A stretch of 48,855 nt of DNA from Bdellovibrionales bacterium (GTDB lineage: Bacteria > Bdellovibrionota > Bdellovibrionia > Bdellovibrionales > JAMPXM01), in NCBI GenBank assembly GCA_043784965.1, contig JAYVXS010000080.1, positions 1 to 48,855 of the forward strand, read 5' to 3'. Of this stretch, positions 1-8,834 are shown piece after piece. Under the pieces are notes generated by a model that had not been told where the DNA came from, made no database searches, and saw only the letters and a program-made list of their open reading frames with translations. Position numbers and translations under genes: made by a program. How positions within the stretch are numbered: the first letter of the stretch is position 1; each line of letters starts with the position of its first letter.

Positions 1-414
1 AAATCCTTCGACGAACCCCAGCGCCACTTTATTTTCTGGTTTGCAGTAGGCAGCGATTCCATCCCAGTGCCGATCAATCATTTTGGCGAACTTTTCATAG
101 GGCACCAGCCTTTGCCATTTGAGCGACTCACACCAGTTGTCGAAGAACTTTCGTGCCCATGCTTCCGATTCGTAATCCCATAGCTGCGAGAACGATTCTT
201 TCAGCACGTATGCCGTGTTTAGTCTGTGATTCGCTGCCAGCAGCAGCTTCAAAGACTTCCGGCCATCAGAGGACAGGTTCTCGCGATTTGATAGCAAGAC
301 ATACTTCTGTCCTTTAATAAACTTTCGTTTGTTGCCGGTTACGCGCGCGTACTCTTGCTTTCGCACTTTATCCAAAGCCCCTCCAAGGTGACGGAGCACA
401 TGGTGAAGCACAAT
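1..414 (-). mobile_element. ISL3-family transposase gene remnant (5'-truncated; 3' end runs off window)
   Basis: The minus-strand frame ending at base 1 is absent from the ORF track because it has no start codon and is cut by the window edge. It reads IVLHHVLRHLGGALDKVRKQEYARVTGNKRKFIKGQKYVLLSNRENLSSDGRKSLKLLLAANHRLNTAYVLKESFSQLWDYESEAWARKFFDNWCESLKWQRLVPYEKFAKMIDRHWDGIAAYCKPENKVALGFVEGF. This pattern (W.Y.s..WA..F...W; G.vEGfN) is typical of the C-terminal half of ISL3 (IS204/IS1001/IS1096/IS1165) DDE transposases. An in-frame TAG at 415-417 and the missing N-terminal half indicate a remnant. Confidence 0.7.
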
Positions 415-443
415 CTATTGTCGTTTATTTTCAAGAAGAATAT

Positions 444-713
444 CTAACAGCAGCTATCCTGCCGAAGTTTCATCATTTTTTCCGACCATTCCACTAAATA
501 GCGCTGATAATGGTCGAAGACCTTCCAGTCGATACAGTAGCGAGATCTCGGTCCATCAATAGTGCCCTTGACCAGACCGATCTCCTTTAGAGCCTTCAGA
601 TGCTGGCTTACTGTCGATTGAGCTAATGGGAGATCGACAACAAGGTCACCGCAAATACATTCTCCTTTTTCTGCGAGACTTTTTAAAATCGCTACCCTTG
701 CTGGGTGCGCCAA
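444..713 (-). CDS. ArsR/SmtB-family metalloregulatory transcription factor
   Basis: 89-aa ORF with the winged-HTH core [10 protein letters not shown]...[32 protein letters not shown], characteristic of ArsR/SmtB repressors. The listed start is TTG at 713. The frame stays open upstream (..[11 protein letters not shown]..) without an ATG, GTG or TTG and runs into the palindromic element at 770-963, so the 5' end is uncertain. Confidence 0.8.
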   Translation of the reverse strand: MAHPARVAILKSLAEKGECICGDLVVDLPLAQSTVSQHLKALKEIGLVKGTIDGPRSRYCIDWKVFDHYQRYLVEWSEKMMKLRQDSCC

Positions 714-769
714 AGCTTTGGCGAAGTCTGCGACATTGATCTCTCTGCGTTGAAATTCTTCTTTTCTTG

Positions 770-963
770 CTAGCCCGGATATTTCATCAGATTTCTGTTG
801 CCCTCGCCGCTTCGCTATTCTGGGCGCTTCGCTCCTGGCGTTTTCGAGACCTTTTCATTGCGACAACCTGCTTTGAGGTTGCCTCACTCAAAGTTCTCTC
901 AAGCGCCAGGCCAGTCTGCGAATCAGCGATTTCACGACGAAACTGATGAAATATCCGGGCTAG
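770..963. repeat. 194-bp MITE-like imperfect palindrome with perfect 21-bp terminal inverted repeats
   Basis: ctagcccggatatttcatcag (770-790) is the exact reverse complement of ctgatgaaatatccgggctag (943-963). The interior is also partly self-complementary (for example tcgc..ttcgc / gcgaa..gcga, and cgccagg on both arms). It lies between arsR and the 3' end of the ABC ATPase gene. Confidence 0.55.
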
Positions 964-1945
964 AGTCTGTTAAGGCTGGAACCAATAAACAAGAAGTCTC
1001 ATGTGCCGAGCGAGTTTCTCGCAAAACAGGACGAGTCACGCGGCAATCCGAAATTGCAGATGGACATCTTGGATGAAAATGGCAGCCGGGCGGCGGATTA
1101 ATTGGGCTGGGTACATCTCCTACTAAAATAATGCGCTGATCTTTTTTGTGTGGATCTGGAACTGGAATAGCTGACAATAGGGCTTTAGTATATGGATGCT
1201 GTGGATGCCTATAGAGTTCTTCGGCATCAGCTAATTCAACTACCTTTCCGAGGTACATAACCGCGACTCGATTTGAAATATGCTCAACCACCTTCAAATC
1301 ATGTGCAATAAACAAATAGGTGAGGCCAAATTTTTGCTGTAGATCCATCAGCAAATTGATCACCTGTGCTTGAATTGAAACATCAAGAGCTGAGACAGGT
1401 TCATCACAAACTATAAACTGTGGTTCGACGGCAAGTGCTCGGGCGATACCAATGCGTTGACGTTGGCCGCCCGAAAACTCATGTGGATAGCGGTTGATGT
1501 GTTCTGGTCGCAATCCTACAATTTGTAAAAGTTCTTTAACGCGGTTTTGCCGATCACCCTTAGAGTTAAATAGATTGTGAATGATGAGTGGCTCGCCAAT
1601 AATTGAGCCCACCGTCATGCGTGGATTCAAGCTTGCATACGGATCTTGAAAAATAATTTGCATTTTTCGGCGCAGCGCCCGGAGCTCTTCACCTTTCAAT
1701 GTGGTGATATCTTGCCCCTCAAGAAAAATTTTGCCAGAAGACGACTCGATTAGGCGTATAATGCAACGACCAAGAGTTGATTTTCCGCAACCGCTTTCTC
1801 CGACTAAGCCAAGGGTTTCACCTTTTTTGATCTCAAGATCCACACCCTGAACGGCTTTCACGCTGGCAACTTCACGAGAGAAAAAACCACCCTTGATCGG
1901 AAAATTCTTGGTTAGATTTTCAACCTTTAAAAAAGCTTTTTCCAT
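932..1945 (-). CDS. Oligopeptide/dipeptide ABC transporter ATP-binding protein (OppF/DppF type)
   Basis: Walker [10 protein letters not shown], signature [15 protein letters not shown], Walker [13 protein letters not shown], and the Opp-type C-terminal Cys motif [10 protein letters not shown]. The last roughly 12 codons are encoded by the terminal repeat of the 770-963 element. Confidence 0.9.
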   Translation of the reverse strand: MEKAFLKVENLTKNFPIKGGFFSREVASVKAVQGVDLEIKKGETLGLVGESGCGKSTLGRCIIRLIESSSGKIFLEGQDITTLKGEELRALRRKMQIIFQDPYASLNPRMTVGSIIGEPLIIHNLFNSKGDRQNRVKELLQIVGLRPEHINRYPHEFSGGQRQRIGIARALAVEPQFIVCDEPVSALDVSIQAQVINLLMDLQQKFGLTYLFIAHDLKVVEHISNRVAVMYLGKVVELADAEELYRHPQHPYTKALLSAIPVPDPHKKDQRIILVGDVPSPINPPPGCHFHPRCPSAISDCRVTRPVLRETRSAHETSCLLVPALTDSSPDISSVSS

Positions 1946-1956
1946 AAATTTACACC

Positions 1957-2952
1957 TTATTGTTTCTTATCAGCAGTTGCCGGAACTGGATGAAAGCAGG
2001 CGACTAAATGTATTCCATCTACCGCTTTAATTTCGGGATCTCTCGATTTGCAATCCTCTTGTGCGAAGTCACAGCGATCATTAAATCTACAGCCCTTTGG
2101 AATGTTCAAAAGATTGGGGACAAGTCCTTTAATGGTTTGCAAGCGCTCACGTCGATGGCCGGTTTCAAAATGCGGGATAGAATCCAAAAGACCCTTTGTA
2201 TAGCGGTGTCTTGGTCGGTAAAAAATATCTTCGGCAGAACCATACTCAACAATTCTTCCGGCATACATGACGGCAACAAAGTCACAAGTCTCTGCAACCA
2301 CACCGAGATCGTGCGTAATGAGAATCATCGAGGCATTGAACTCACGCTGGAGCTTTCGAATGAGCTCTAAGATTTGCGCCTGGATCGTAACGTCGAGTGC
2401 AGTGGTGGGCTCATCGGCAATCAATAAACTTGGATTGCAAGAAAGTGCCATGGCAATCATAACTCTTTGGCGCATTCCGCCCGAAAGTTGATGTGGATAC
2501 TCATCGACCCGTTTATCGGGTTCAGGAATTCCAACAAGCTTAAGCATATCAATGGTTTTTTCTCGAACTTGCTTTGAATTCAGGCCCTTTTGGTGAAGTG
2601 CAATGGCCTCGGCAATTTGATATCCACAAGTAAAGACTGGATTCAATGAAGTCATTGGCTCTTGAAAGATCATGGCAATGTCATTGCCTCTTATTTTGCG
2701 CATCTCTTCTTCTGAAAGTTTAAGTAAATCTTTGCCATTAAAAAGAATTTCACCGCCAACGATATTTCCCGGAGGAGTTGGAATCAAACGCATGATTGAA
2801 AGGGAGGTGACCGATTTTCCGCAGCCGCTTTCACCTACAATACCAAGGGTCTTGCCCTTTTCTAGAGTAAATGAAATGTCATCCACGGCCAGAAAAGTGC
2901 CATCATCGGTACGAAACTGAGTTTTCAAATTTTTTACTTCAAGTAAGGACAC
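1957..2952 (-). CDS. Oligopeptide/dipeptide ABC transporter ATP-binding protein (OppD/DppD type)
   Basis: Walker [11 protein letters not shown], signature [15 protein letters not shown], Walker [13 protein letters not shown], and C-terminal [15 protein letters not shown]. Confidence 0.9.
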   Translation of the reverse strand: MSLLEVKNLKTQFRTDDGTFLAVDDISFTLEKGKTLGIVGESGCGKSVTSLSIMRLIPTPPGNIVGGEILFNGKDLLKLSEEEMRKIRGNDIAMIFQEPMTSLNPVFTCGYQIAEAIALHQKGLNSKQVREKTIDMLKLVGIPEPDKRVDEYPHQLSGGMRQRVMIAMALSCNPSLLIADEPTTALDVTIQAQILELIRKLQREFNASMILITHDLGVVAETCDFVAVMYAGRIVEYGSAEDIFYRPRHRYTKGLLDSIPHFETGHRRERLQTIKGLVPNLLNIPKGCRFNDRCDFAQEDCKSRDPEIKAVDGIHLVACFHPVPATADKKQ

Positions 2953-2967
2953 TTCGTCTACCTCGCG

Positions 2968-3882
2968 CTATCGGTTTTTTAGTTTCGGATCCAGAGCTTC
3001 TCTGAGAGCATCATTAAACAAATTAAATGACAGAATCAGACCAAACATAAAAATAGTACCGGCAAATAAATTTCCAAAAAATGGCCGAGCCAGTTCAAGG
3101 GCGGCATCCTCAAGCATGACTCCCCAAGAGGGCACACTTGGCTCAACACCAAGACCAATATAGCTCAGAATCACCTCAAATTTAATAGCCGAGACAAATC
3201 CTAGACCAAATTGAACGAAAGCAATGTGGGTTACATTCGGAAGGATATGTATGAAGATGCGTCGATTATGGCTCGCACCCAGAGCGCAAGCCGCAACAAC
3301 ATATTCTTTCTCTTTATGTTTCAAAAATTCAGCTCTAACCAGTCGGCATAAAGTCACCCAAGAGGTAAGGCCGACGGCGATGAAGACCGTGGTCAGGCCT
3401 CTTCCCAAAACAAAAGAAAGTGAAGGGACTAACAAAATATAGGGAACAGAATCCACTGTTGTATAAAGCCAAGTAATCATCGCATCGGTTTTACCACCGA
3501 AATAACCAGCGAGTGCACCAAGAATCATACCGATGAGAAGAGAGATCGCACTTGAGACAACACCGACACTCATGGCCGTTGCAATTCCGTGAACCGCGCG
3601 GGCAAGAATATCTCGTCCAAACAAATCAAATCCAAAGGGGTGAAAAAAACTCGCAGCACCGTGAGCAGCACCTTGATTAGGCAGTGCAAAATTTGGAAAA
3701 ATCAGTCCCAGCTTTGCGGCAAGGGCAAGTAGGCAATAAAACACAATGATATAAAAGCTGATGACGGCGACTTTATCCCGACGCAGTCTAAGATAGGCAT
3801 CCCACCACAAAGAATTTCGCGATTTTAAGGTCTCAGGTTGTGAGGTTAGGGCGGTCGAGGTCATTTCTGAAATCATAGTCAA
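2968..3882 (-). CDS. Peptide ABC transporter permease (OppC/DppC type)
   Basis: 304-aa polytopic membrane protein with the BPD-transporter EAA-like loop (AACALGASHNRRIFIHILPN). It has a 4-bp overlap with the upstream permease gene. Confidence 0.9.
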   Translation of the reverse strand: MTMISEMTSTALTSQPETLKSRNSLWWDAYLRLRRDKVAVISFYIIVFYCLLALAAKLGLIFPNFALPNQGAAHGAASFFHPFGFDLFGRDILARAVHGIATAMSVGVVSSAISLLIGMILGALAGYFGGKTDAMITWLYTTVDSVPYILLVPSLSFVLGRGLTTVFIAVGLTSWVTLCRLVRAEFLKHKEKEYVVAACALGASHNRRIFIHILPNVTHIAFVQFGLGFVSAIKFEVILSYIGLGVEPSVPSWGVMLEDAALELARPFFGNLFAGTIFMFGLILSFNLFNDALREALDPKLKNR

Positions 3883-4814
3883 CTCAACTTTATTCGCGGG
3901 TCAACAGCCGCATAAAGTATGTCAGCCAGCAGGGTCAAAAGCATGTAAAGAACAGAAACGATCACCGTCATTGCCTTAATGACCGGAAAATCTGAGTCTT
4001 GAAAAGCCTTAATGAGCAATCCACCCAGGCCAGGAATACTAAAAAAGTGCTCGACTAAAAAAGTACCAGTAATGATAAAGGGAAGCTCAATTACAATAAC
4101 CGTAATAATTGGGATAAGTGCATTTTTCAAAATATGCTGAGTGAAAACACGGTACTGACTTACGCCCTTTGCGCGTGCGGTTCGTACATAGTCTTGAAAG
4201 AGTTCATCGGTGATCACACTTCGGTATATCAAAATACTTGGTCCCAAATTTAAGATAAACAAAATCAGCCAGGGCAAAAGAAGATATTGCCAACGACCAA
4301 TCCAGTCAGGATCCCAACCAGAGATCGGAAAAATCCCGAATTTATAGGCAAGCGTATACTGAAGAACGATAATATAAACTAACGAGCTAATACTTAAAAG
4401 CCCAAGACAAACCAACATAGTCGCCTTATCAAAAAACCTAGCTCGATAGAAGACGGCGAGTAGTGCGAGTGCAATACAGAACAAAATAGAAAAAATTTCA
4501 ACGGGTATGGTCAAACACAATGATGCGCCGATGCCGTCGCTAATCATTGTAGCGATGGTTTGCTTGGTGGCCCAACTTCGACCGTAGTCAAAAGTTGCAA
4601 TTTGTTTGACGAAAAATAAATACTGTTCGGGAAGTGAGCGATTGATGCCAAGTTCTGAACGCAAGCTTTGAATGAGTTCAGGTGTGGCATGGCGGCCGGC
4701 GAACCTGAGCGCAGGGTCGCCACCAAAGACATTAAACAAACAAAATGTCAGCAGGGTGATCCCGAACAGAATCGGAATCATATAAAGTGTTCGTCTCAGA
4801 CTATAAATAAAAAT
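3879..4814 (-). CDS. Peptide ABC transporter permease (OppB/DppB type); probable non-canonical ATT start
   Basis: The ORF track starts at ATG 4781 (MIPILFGITLLTF). The family N-terminus (..F I x x R L L x x I P x L F G) is encoded in frame just upstream (IFIYSLRRTLY-MIPILFG). An AAGAGG Shine-Dalgarno at 4821-4826 sits 6 nt before an ATT at 4812-4814, and no ATG, GTG or TTG lies between the upstream stop and 4781. Confidence 0.85.
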   Translation of the reverse strand: MFIYSLRRTLYMIPILFGITLLTFCLFNVFGGDPALRFAGRHATPELIQSLRSELGINRSLPEQYLFFVKQIATFDYGRSWATKQTIATMISDGIGASLCLTIPVEIFSILFCIALALLAVFYRARFFDKATMLVCLGLLSISSLVYIIVLQYTLAYKFGIFPISGWDPDWIGRWQYLLLPWLILFILNLGPSILIYRSVITDELFQDYVRTARAKGVSQYRVFTQHILKNALIPIITVIVIELPFIITGTFLVEHFFSIPGLGGLLIKAFQDSDFPVIKAMTVIVSVLYMLLTLLADILYAAVDPRIKLS

Positions 4815-4851
4815 CTTTGGCCTCTTTACAGTTTAGCTGTTTACAAATTAG

Positions 4852-6606
4852 CTACAATTTAGCTTTGAGTTCCGCACGTTTTTTTGCATCGACCTTCATG
4901 TATTTAGCATAATCGAGAATCATATAAGAAAATTTGAAGTTATTGAGCCAACCATGCTGAATATTGTAGTATTGACGATGTAACTCGAGAATCTGCGGAG
5001 TTTCGTCTACTACGATGTCGCGCATTTTATGATAAAGTTGATCGCGCTCACTACCCGGTGGCAATAGCAAAGATTTTTCGTATAGCTTATCAAATTCAGG
5101 ATGCGAAAAATTTGAATCATTTGGACCAGGACTAATGTTCTTCGAGTAGAAGAGTTGCAAGAAATCTTGGCCATCCGGATAATCAGCGGTCCAAGAAATT
5201 CCAAATATTTGAGCCTTCATATTTTTGATTTTATCTTGAAATTGTGGCCAAGTATTTGAACTGATGACGACTTTAATTCCAATGGCCGCCATATTCTGTT
5301 GAAAATATTCGGCCTGTTGGCGGTTTTTTGAATCTGAAATGGATTCAAAAGTCAGCTCCGGAAGTCCCTTGCCCTCCGGATATCCAGCTTTGGCTAAAAG
5401 TTTTTTTGCCTGTTCCAGATCTAGTTTCTGATAAGGGTTTACAAAATTTGCGTCATAACCCGGGACATCAGGTGGAATTGGGCCATGGGCCGGAATGGCA
5501 TGGCCATTTTGAAATTTGTTAGCAACGCCCAACGAGTTATGCGCCAAGCTCATTGCACGTCGCAGATCTCTATTTTTTCCTAATATTGGGTCCTTCATAT
5601 TCATTGAAACATATGTGTAATCATCGCCAGAGGTAATACTAAGTTTCATTCCTTTGGCGGTGTTTTCGGGTCTGACTTTTTTGTCGAGAATCATGGCGTC
5701 ATAATTGTCAGATGGGAGCTCGCCGAAATCAAAATTGCCCTTCATAAAATTTTGCCAGCGCGGAGCATCCTCAGGCATTTCAACAAAAACAACTTTATCG
5801 GCAAAGGGAATTGGCTTACCCGCATCTTCAAGTAATCCGGCCTCTTTATCTCCAGCAGCACCCTCTGTAGGATAAGTTTCTTGATGATAACCTGGAAAGC
5901 GCTTCAAGGTAATTTTAGAATTTCGCACCCAAGAATCGAACATAAAGGGTCCTGTTCCTACCGGATGATTTAAAAATTCCTTGCCATACTTTTCAATGGC
6001 TTCTTTTGGTACAGCATAAGTGTATGGCAAGGTGAGAACGTAAAGAAGTTGGTAATAGGGCTGATTGAGCTTGATGATGAGTGTATAATCATCTGGAGCC
6101 TGCAAGCCTTCAATGGCAGTTGAGTAGTCTGCCTTTTTTTCTTTGAGCAGAGCGACCCATTCATTGAGTCCTTTAATTTTGCCGTCTAGAATCCAGAAAC
6201 CATCATTTAGGGTTGATGGGTCTGCCAGTCTTCTAAACGAGTAAATGAAGTCTTGCGCCACAAGATCGCGACCCTTGCCACCAGAAAAAGCCGGATCATC
6301 ATGAAACTTTATACCTTTACGAATTTTAAAAGTATAAGTAAGGCCCTTGTCTGAAATGCTAGGCATGCCATCGGCAAGTGAAGGAATGACTTCATATGGA
6401 CGTTTTAAGTAGTGATATCTGAGGAGTCCCTCATAGACTTGCGCTATTACGGTACCAGAATAGATATCGCTTGAGTGAACCGGGTCGAATCCTTTAACCG
6501 CCGCCCGAACCGGAATGTAAATTCCATTGTCGTTTTCGTCAGTTTTTTTTGTACATGCGGCTAAAACAAAACTAAGTGTGAGTAGGCCGAAAAGTAGTTT
6601 TAACAT
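4852..6606 (-). CDS. ABC transporter substrate-binding lipoprotein, family 5 (OppA/DppA-like)
   Basis: The length and motifs fit SBP family 5. The likely true start is the internal Met at 6606 (MLKLLFGLLTLSFVLAAC, lipobox L-A-A-C), preceded by GGGAGA 7 nt upstream. The longest ORF extends to 6663. Confidence 0.85.
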   Translation of the reverse strand: MLKLLFGLLTLSFVLAACTKKTDENDNGIYIPVRAAVKGFDPVHSSDIYSGTVIAQVYEGLLRYHYLKRPYEVIPSLADGMPSISDKGLTYTFKIRKGIKFHDDPAFSGGKGRDLVAQDFIYSFRRLADPSTLNDGFWILDGKIKGLNEWVALLKEKKADYSTAIEGLQAPDDYTLIIKLNQPYYQLLYVLTLPYTYAVPKEAIEKYGKEFLNHPVGTGPFMFDSWVRNSKITLKRFPGYHQETYPTEGAAGDKEAGLLEDAGKPIPFADKVVFVEMPEDAPRWQNFMKGNFDFGELPSDNYDAMILDKKVRPENTAKGMKLSITSGDDYTYVSMNMKDPILGKNRDLRRAMSLAHNSLGVANKFQNGHAIPAHGPIPPDVPGYDANFVNPYQKLDLEQAKKLLAKAGYPEGKGLPELTFESISDSKNRQQAEYFQQNMAAIGIKVVISSNTWPQFQDKIKNMKAQIFGISWTADYPDGQDFLQLFYSKNISPGPNDSNFSHPEFDKLYEKSLLLPPGSERDQLYHKMRDIVVDETPQILELHRQYYNIQHGWLNNFKFSYMILDYAKYMKVDAKKRAELKAKL

Positions 6607-6642
6607 GAGGTTCTCCCAATTTTCTAGATGTGCAATTGCCCA

Positions 6643-6690
6643 AGATACAACGTAAGGATACAAGGTAAAGATACAACGTAAGGATACATC
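6643..6690. repeat. 13-bp-period tandem repeat (GATACA-N7) x3.5 in the oppA / O-methyltransferase divergent promoter region
   Basis: The sequence is agatacaacgtaag gatacaaggtaaa gatacaacgtaag gataca. The 20-mer agatacaacgtaaggataca occurs at both 6643-6662 and 6669-6688. Confidence 0.8.
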
Positions 6691-6753
6691 CTTGATTTCT
6701 ATTTGGCTCGTTTAAAATTGTCAAACCCCAGCCGGATGTGATGAACTCTAAAA

Positions 6754-7410
6754 ATGCGCTTAAAGACCCCAGATGCTACGCTTGATTATATAAATAAGCT
6801 TTATGAGCCGCAAAATATCGGCTTGAGTTCATTGCTCTCTAGGCTTGAATCTCATGGGCGATTGGGCATAAACGTTGGCTTGATTGAGGCGCAATTAATC
6901 AAGATTCTCATTCGACTGTACCAACCAAAAAAAATTGTCGAATGTGGAACACTTTTTGGATACTCGACAATTCAAATGACTCGAGCCCTTACGAAAGATG
7001 CTCATATTTTTACCATCGAACGAGATATCAGGGCCGCCGAGCAAGCAAGAATTAGTTTTGAAGAAGCGCAGGTGAGCGAACAGGTCAGCCTAATAGTGGG
7101 TGAAATGGAAGATAAACTTGCAGAGCTTTCTGCTAAGGCTCCTTTTGATATGATATTTATTGATCATAACAAATCAGGTTACGTCATGGCTCTTGAATGG
7201 GCGGAGCATAATCTTCGACGTGGGGGATTGATCATTGCGGATAACACACTGCTTTGGGGTGAAGTTGCGGGAGTTGAGGTAGAGCGGGCTTCTAAAAAAC
7301 AGCTCGAGGGAATGAGGCGCTTTAATCTATTACTCAGCGATGCAAATAAATACACCTCGATCTTATTGCCAACCAGCGAAGGCCTCAGCATTGCGATAAA
7401 AGAATTTTGA
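6754..7410 (+). CDS. Class I SAM-dependent O-methyltransferase (family 3, caffeoyl-CoA OMT/YrrM-like)
   Basis: 218 aa with the SAM-binding motif KIVECGTLFGYST and FDMIFIDHNKSGY, typical of O-methyltransferase family 3. Confidence 0.75.
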   Translation: MRLKTPDATLDYINKLYEPQNIGLSSLLSRLESHGRLGINVGLIEAQLIKILIRLYQPKKIVECGTLFGYSTIQMTRALTKDAHIFTIERDIRAAEQARISFEEAQVSEQVSLIVGEMEDKLAELSAKAPFDMIFIDHNKSGYVMALEWAEHNLRRGGLIIADNTLLWGEVAGVEVERASKKQLEGMRRFNLLLSDANKYTSILLPTSEGLSIAIKEF

Positions 7411-7524
7411 TTTCCTAGACGTAAGTCTGTTGGTATCAACTAGCATTCACTTAGTTTTTGATCCATTTTCAGTGCGGCAAATATAAAGGGCCAAATTTGA
7501 CTTCACTTGAATTTGCCGGCTATA

Positions 7525-7539
7525 TGAGAGTGATTCTCA
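7525..7539 (+). promoter_or_regulatory. Putative Fur box overlapping the promoter of the cupredoxin-FTR1 iron operon
   Basis: TGAGAGTGATTCTCA matches the 7-1-7 Fur consensus TGATAATnATTATCA at 11 of 14 defined positions and is a 5-N5-5 palindrome. It lies just downstream of a candidate TTGACT (7497-7502) / TATATG (7521-7526) promoter and 22 nt upstream of the ATG at 7561. Confidence 0.4.
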
Positions 7540-7560
7540 AGTCCAAAGAGGTAAAAATAT

Positions 7561-7878
7561 ATGAAAAGCTTAGTACTCATTCTTGCATTTGCGAATATTT
7601 CGATGGCGGGAGAGCTTAAGGTTTTTCATATTAATGTGAAGGATGGAATATTTAGTCCGAGCAGTATTCAAATTCCGGCCGGAGAAAAGGTACAACTTGA
7701 AGTACAGAATACCGGGGTATCAACTGAAGAATTTGAAAGCGTAGATTTAAATCGTGAAAAAGTAGTGTCACCCGGTCAAACAATCAAGCTATTCATCGGC
7801 CCACTAGCTAAGGGTGAATATAAGTTTTTTGGTGATTTTCACAAAGATACCGCACACGGATTAATCATTGTTCAGTAA
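7561..7878 (+). CDS. Periplasmic cupredoxin-like domain protein (EfeO-N/FtrB-like partner of FTR1 permease)
   Basis: 105 aa with a signal peptide (MKSLVLILAFANISMA). The single beta-sandwich pattern (..IQIPAGEKVQLEVQNTG...EFES..L....V.PGQT..L.IGPL.KGEYKFFGDFH) resembles cupredoxin_1 proteins encoded next to FTR1 permeases. Confidence 0.65.
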   Translation: MKSLVLILAFANISMAGELKVFHINVKDGIFSPSSIQIPAGEKVQLEVQNTGVSTEEFESVDLNREKVVSPGQTIKLFIGPLAKGEYKFFGDFHKDTAHGLIIVQ

Positions 7879-7895
7879 AGAGTGAGTTGAAAGCC

Positions 7896-7984
7896 CTGGT
7901 TTGAAATCATGGGTTTGAAATCATGGGTTTAAAGGTCATGGGTTTAAAGGTCATAGGTTTAAAGGTCATAGGTTTAAAGGTCAT
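7896..7984. repeat. Six-copy 14/15-bp tandem repeat between the cupredoxin and FTR1 genes
   Basis: Units are ctggtttgaaatcat, gggtttgaaatcat, gggtttaaaggtcat (x2) and aggtttaaaggtcat (x2). They fill nearly the whole 119-nt intergenic spacer. Confidence 0.9.
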
Positions 7985-7997
7985 TGAGTAGAAAAAT

Positions 7998-8834
7998 ATG
8001 AATCAATATATTTTATGGCAAACGGTCTTTGTAGTTTGGCGAGAAGCACTTGAGGCCATTCTAATTGTCTCGATTCTATACTCATTTTTAAGCAAGACAA
8101 ATTCAACGGCGCTGCCTTTTATGTGGCGCGGAGTTGTTGCCGGCACTTTCTTAAGCTTTGTAATTGCATCTTTAATAATAGGCGCCGACACCTGGTTTGT
8201 TGGTGAAGCCCAAGTTTATTTTCAGGTCGCCATTTTACTTTTGAGCTGTCTGCTAATGACCCAAATGGTTTTTTGGATGAGAAAGCATGCTAAGTCGCTC
8301 AAAAAAGAATTTGAATTAGATCTCCAAAAGGCCCTAGAGCGTCCAAATTATATCGGCATCGCCCTGCTTGCCGCACTAGCCGTGGGCCGCGAAGGATCAG
8401 AAGCTGTTATCTATGTTTATGGCTTGGGTCTTGAGAAAAGTGCGACTTTGGCGGCAATGGTATTGAGTGTTAGCTTTGGACTAATTTTAGCGGCATTTAT
8501 GTTTTATTTTATCTCGAAGGGTCTAAAACACCTAAAAACGCAAATTTTTTTCAATGTGACCAGCGCAATTTTACTTCTTTCGGCGGCAGGCTTGGGGGCA
8601 AGTGCAATCGGCAGGCTGGTTGCCGAAAATATGCTTTCTGGATTGATTGAACCAGTCTGGGATATTTCAAAATGCTTAGAGTCAGAAGGCATCTTAGTCA
8701 AAGTCGTTAAAGCCATTTGTGGTTACAATCCAAGGCCAACACTTACCGAAGTGCTATTTTACTTTGGGTACTGGCTGCTTATTTTTATATTAATAAAAAA
8801 GCCCCTAAAAGCTTTTAAAAGGATACTAAAGTGA
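7998..8834 (+). CDS. FTR1/EfeU-family high-affinity iron permease
   Basis: 278-aa polytopic membrane protein with two REXXE motifs (REALEA near the N-terminus, REGSEA mid-protein), diagnostic of FTR1/EfeU. Confidence 0.85.
   Translation: MNQYILWQTVFVVWREALEAILIVSILYSFLSKTNSTALPFMWRGVVAGTFLSFVIASLIIGADTWFVGEAQVYFQVAILLLSCLLMTQMVFWMRKHAKSLKKEFELDLQKALERPNYIGIALLAALAVGREGSEAVIYVYGLGLEKSATLAAMVLSVSFGLILAAFMFYFISKGLKHLKTQIFFNVTSAILLLSAAGLGASAIGRLVAENMLSGLIEPVWDISKCLESEGILVKVVKAICGYNPRPTLTEVLFYFGYWLLIFILIKKPLKAFKRILK

Noticed and set aside
798-1076. 92-aa plus-strand ORF starting with TTG
   Set aside because: It spans the palindromic element and the antisense strand of the ABC ATPase 3' end. It has no RBS and a low-complexity, Arg/Ser-rich composition.
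2008-2920. Several 65-120-aa ORFs on both strands within the OppD-type ATPase gene
   Set aside because: All are nested in or antisense to a gene with complete Walker A/B and signature motifs, and none has independent support.
7896-7984. Possible CRISPR array
   Set aside because: The units are 14-15 bp, directly abutting with no spacers. No cas genes are present, so this is a simple tandem repeat.
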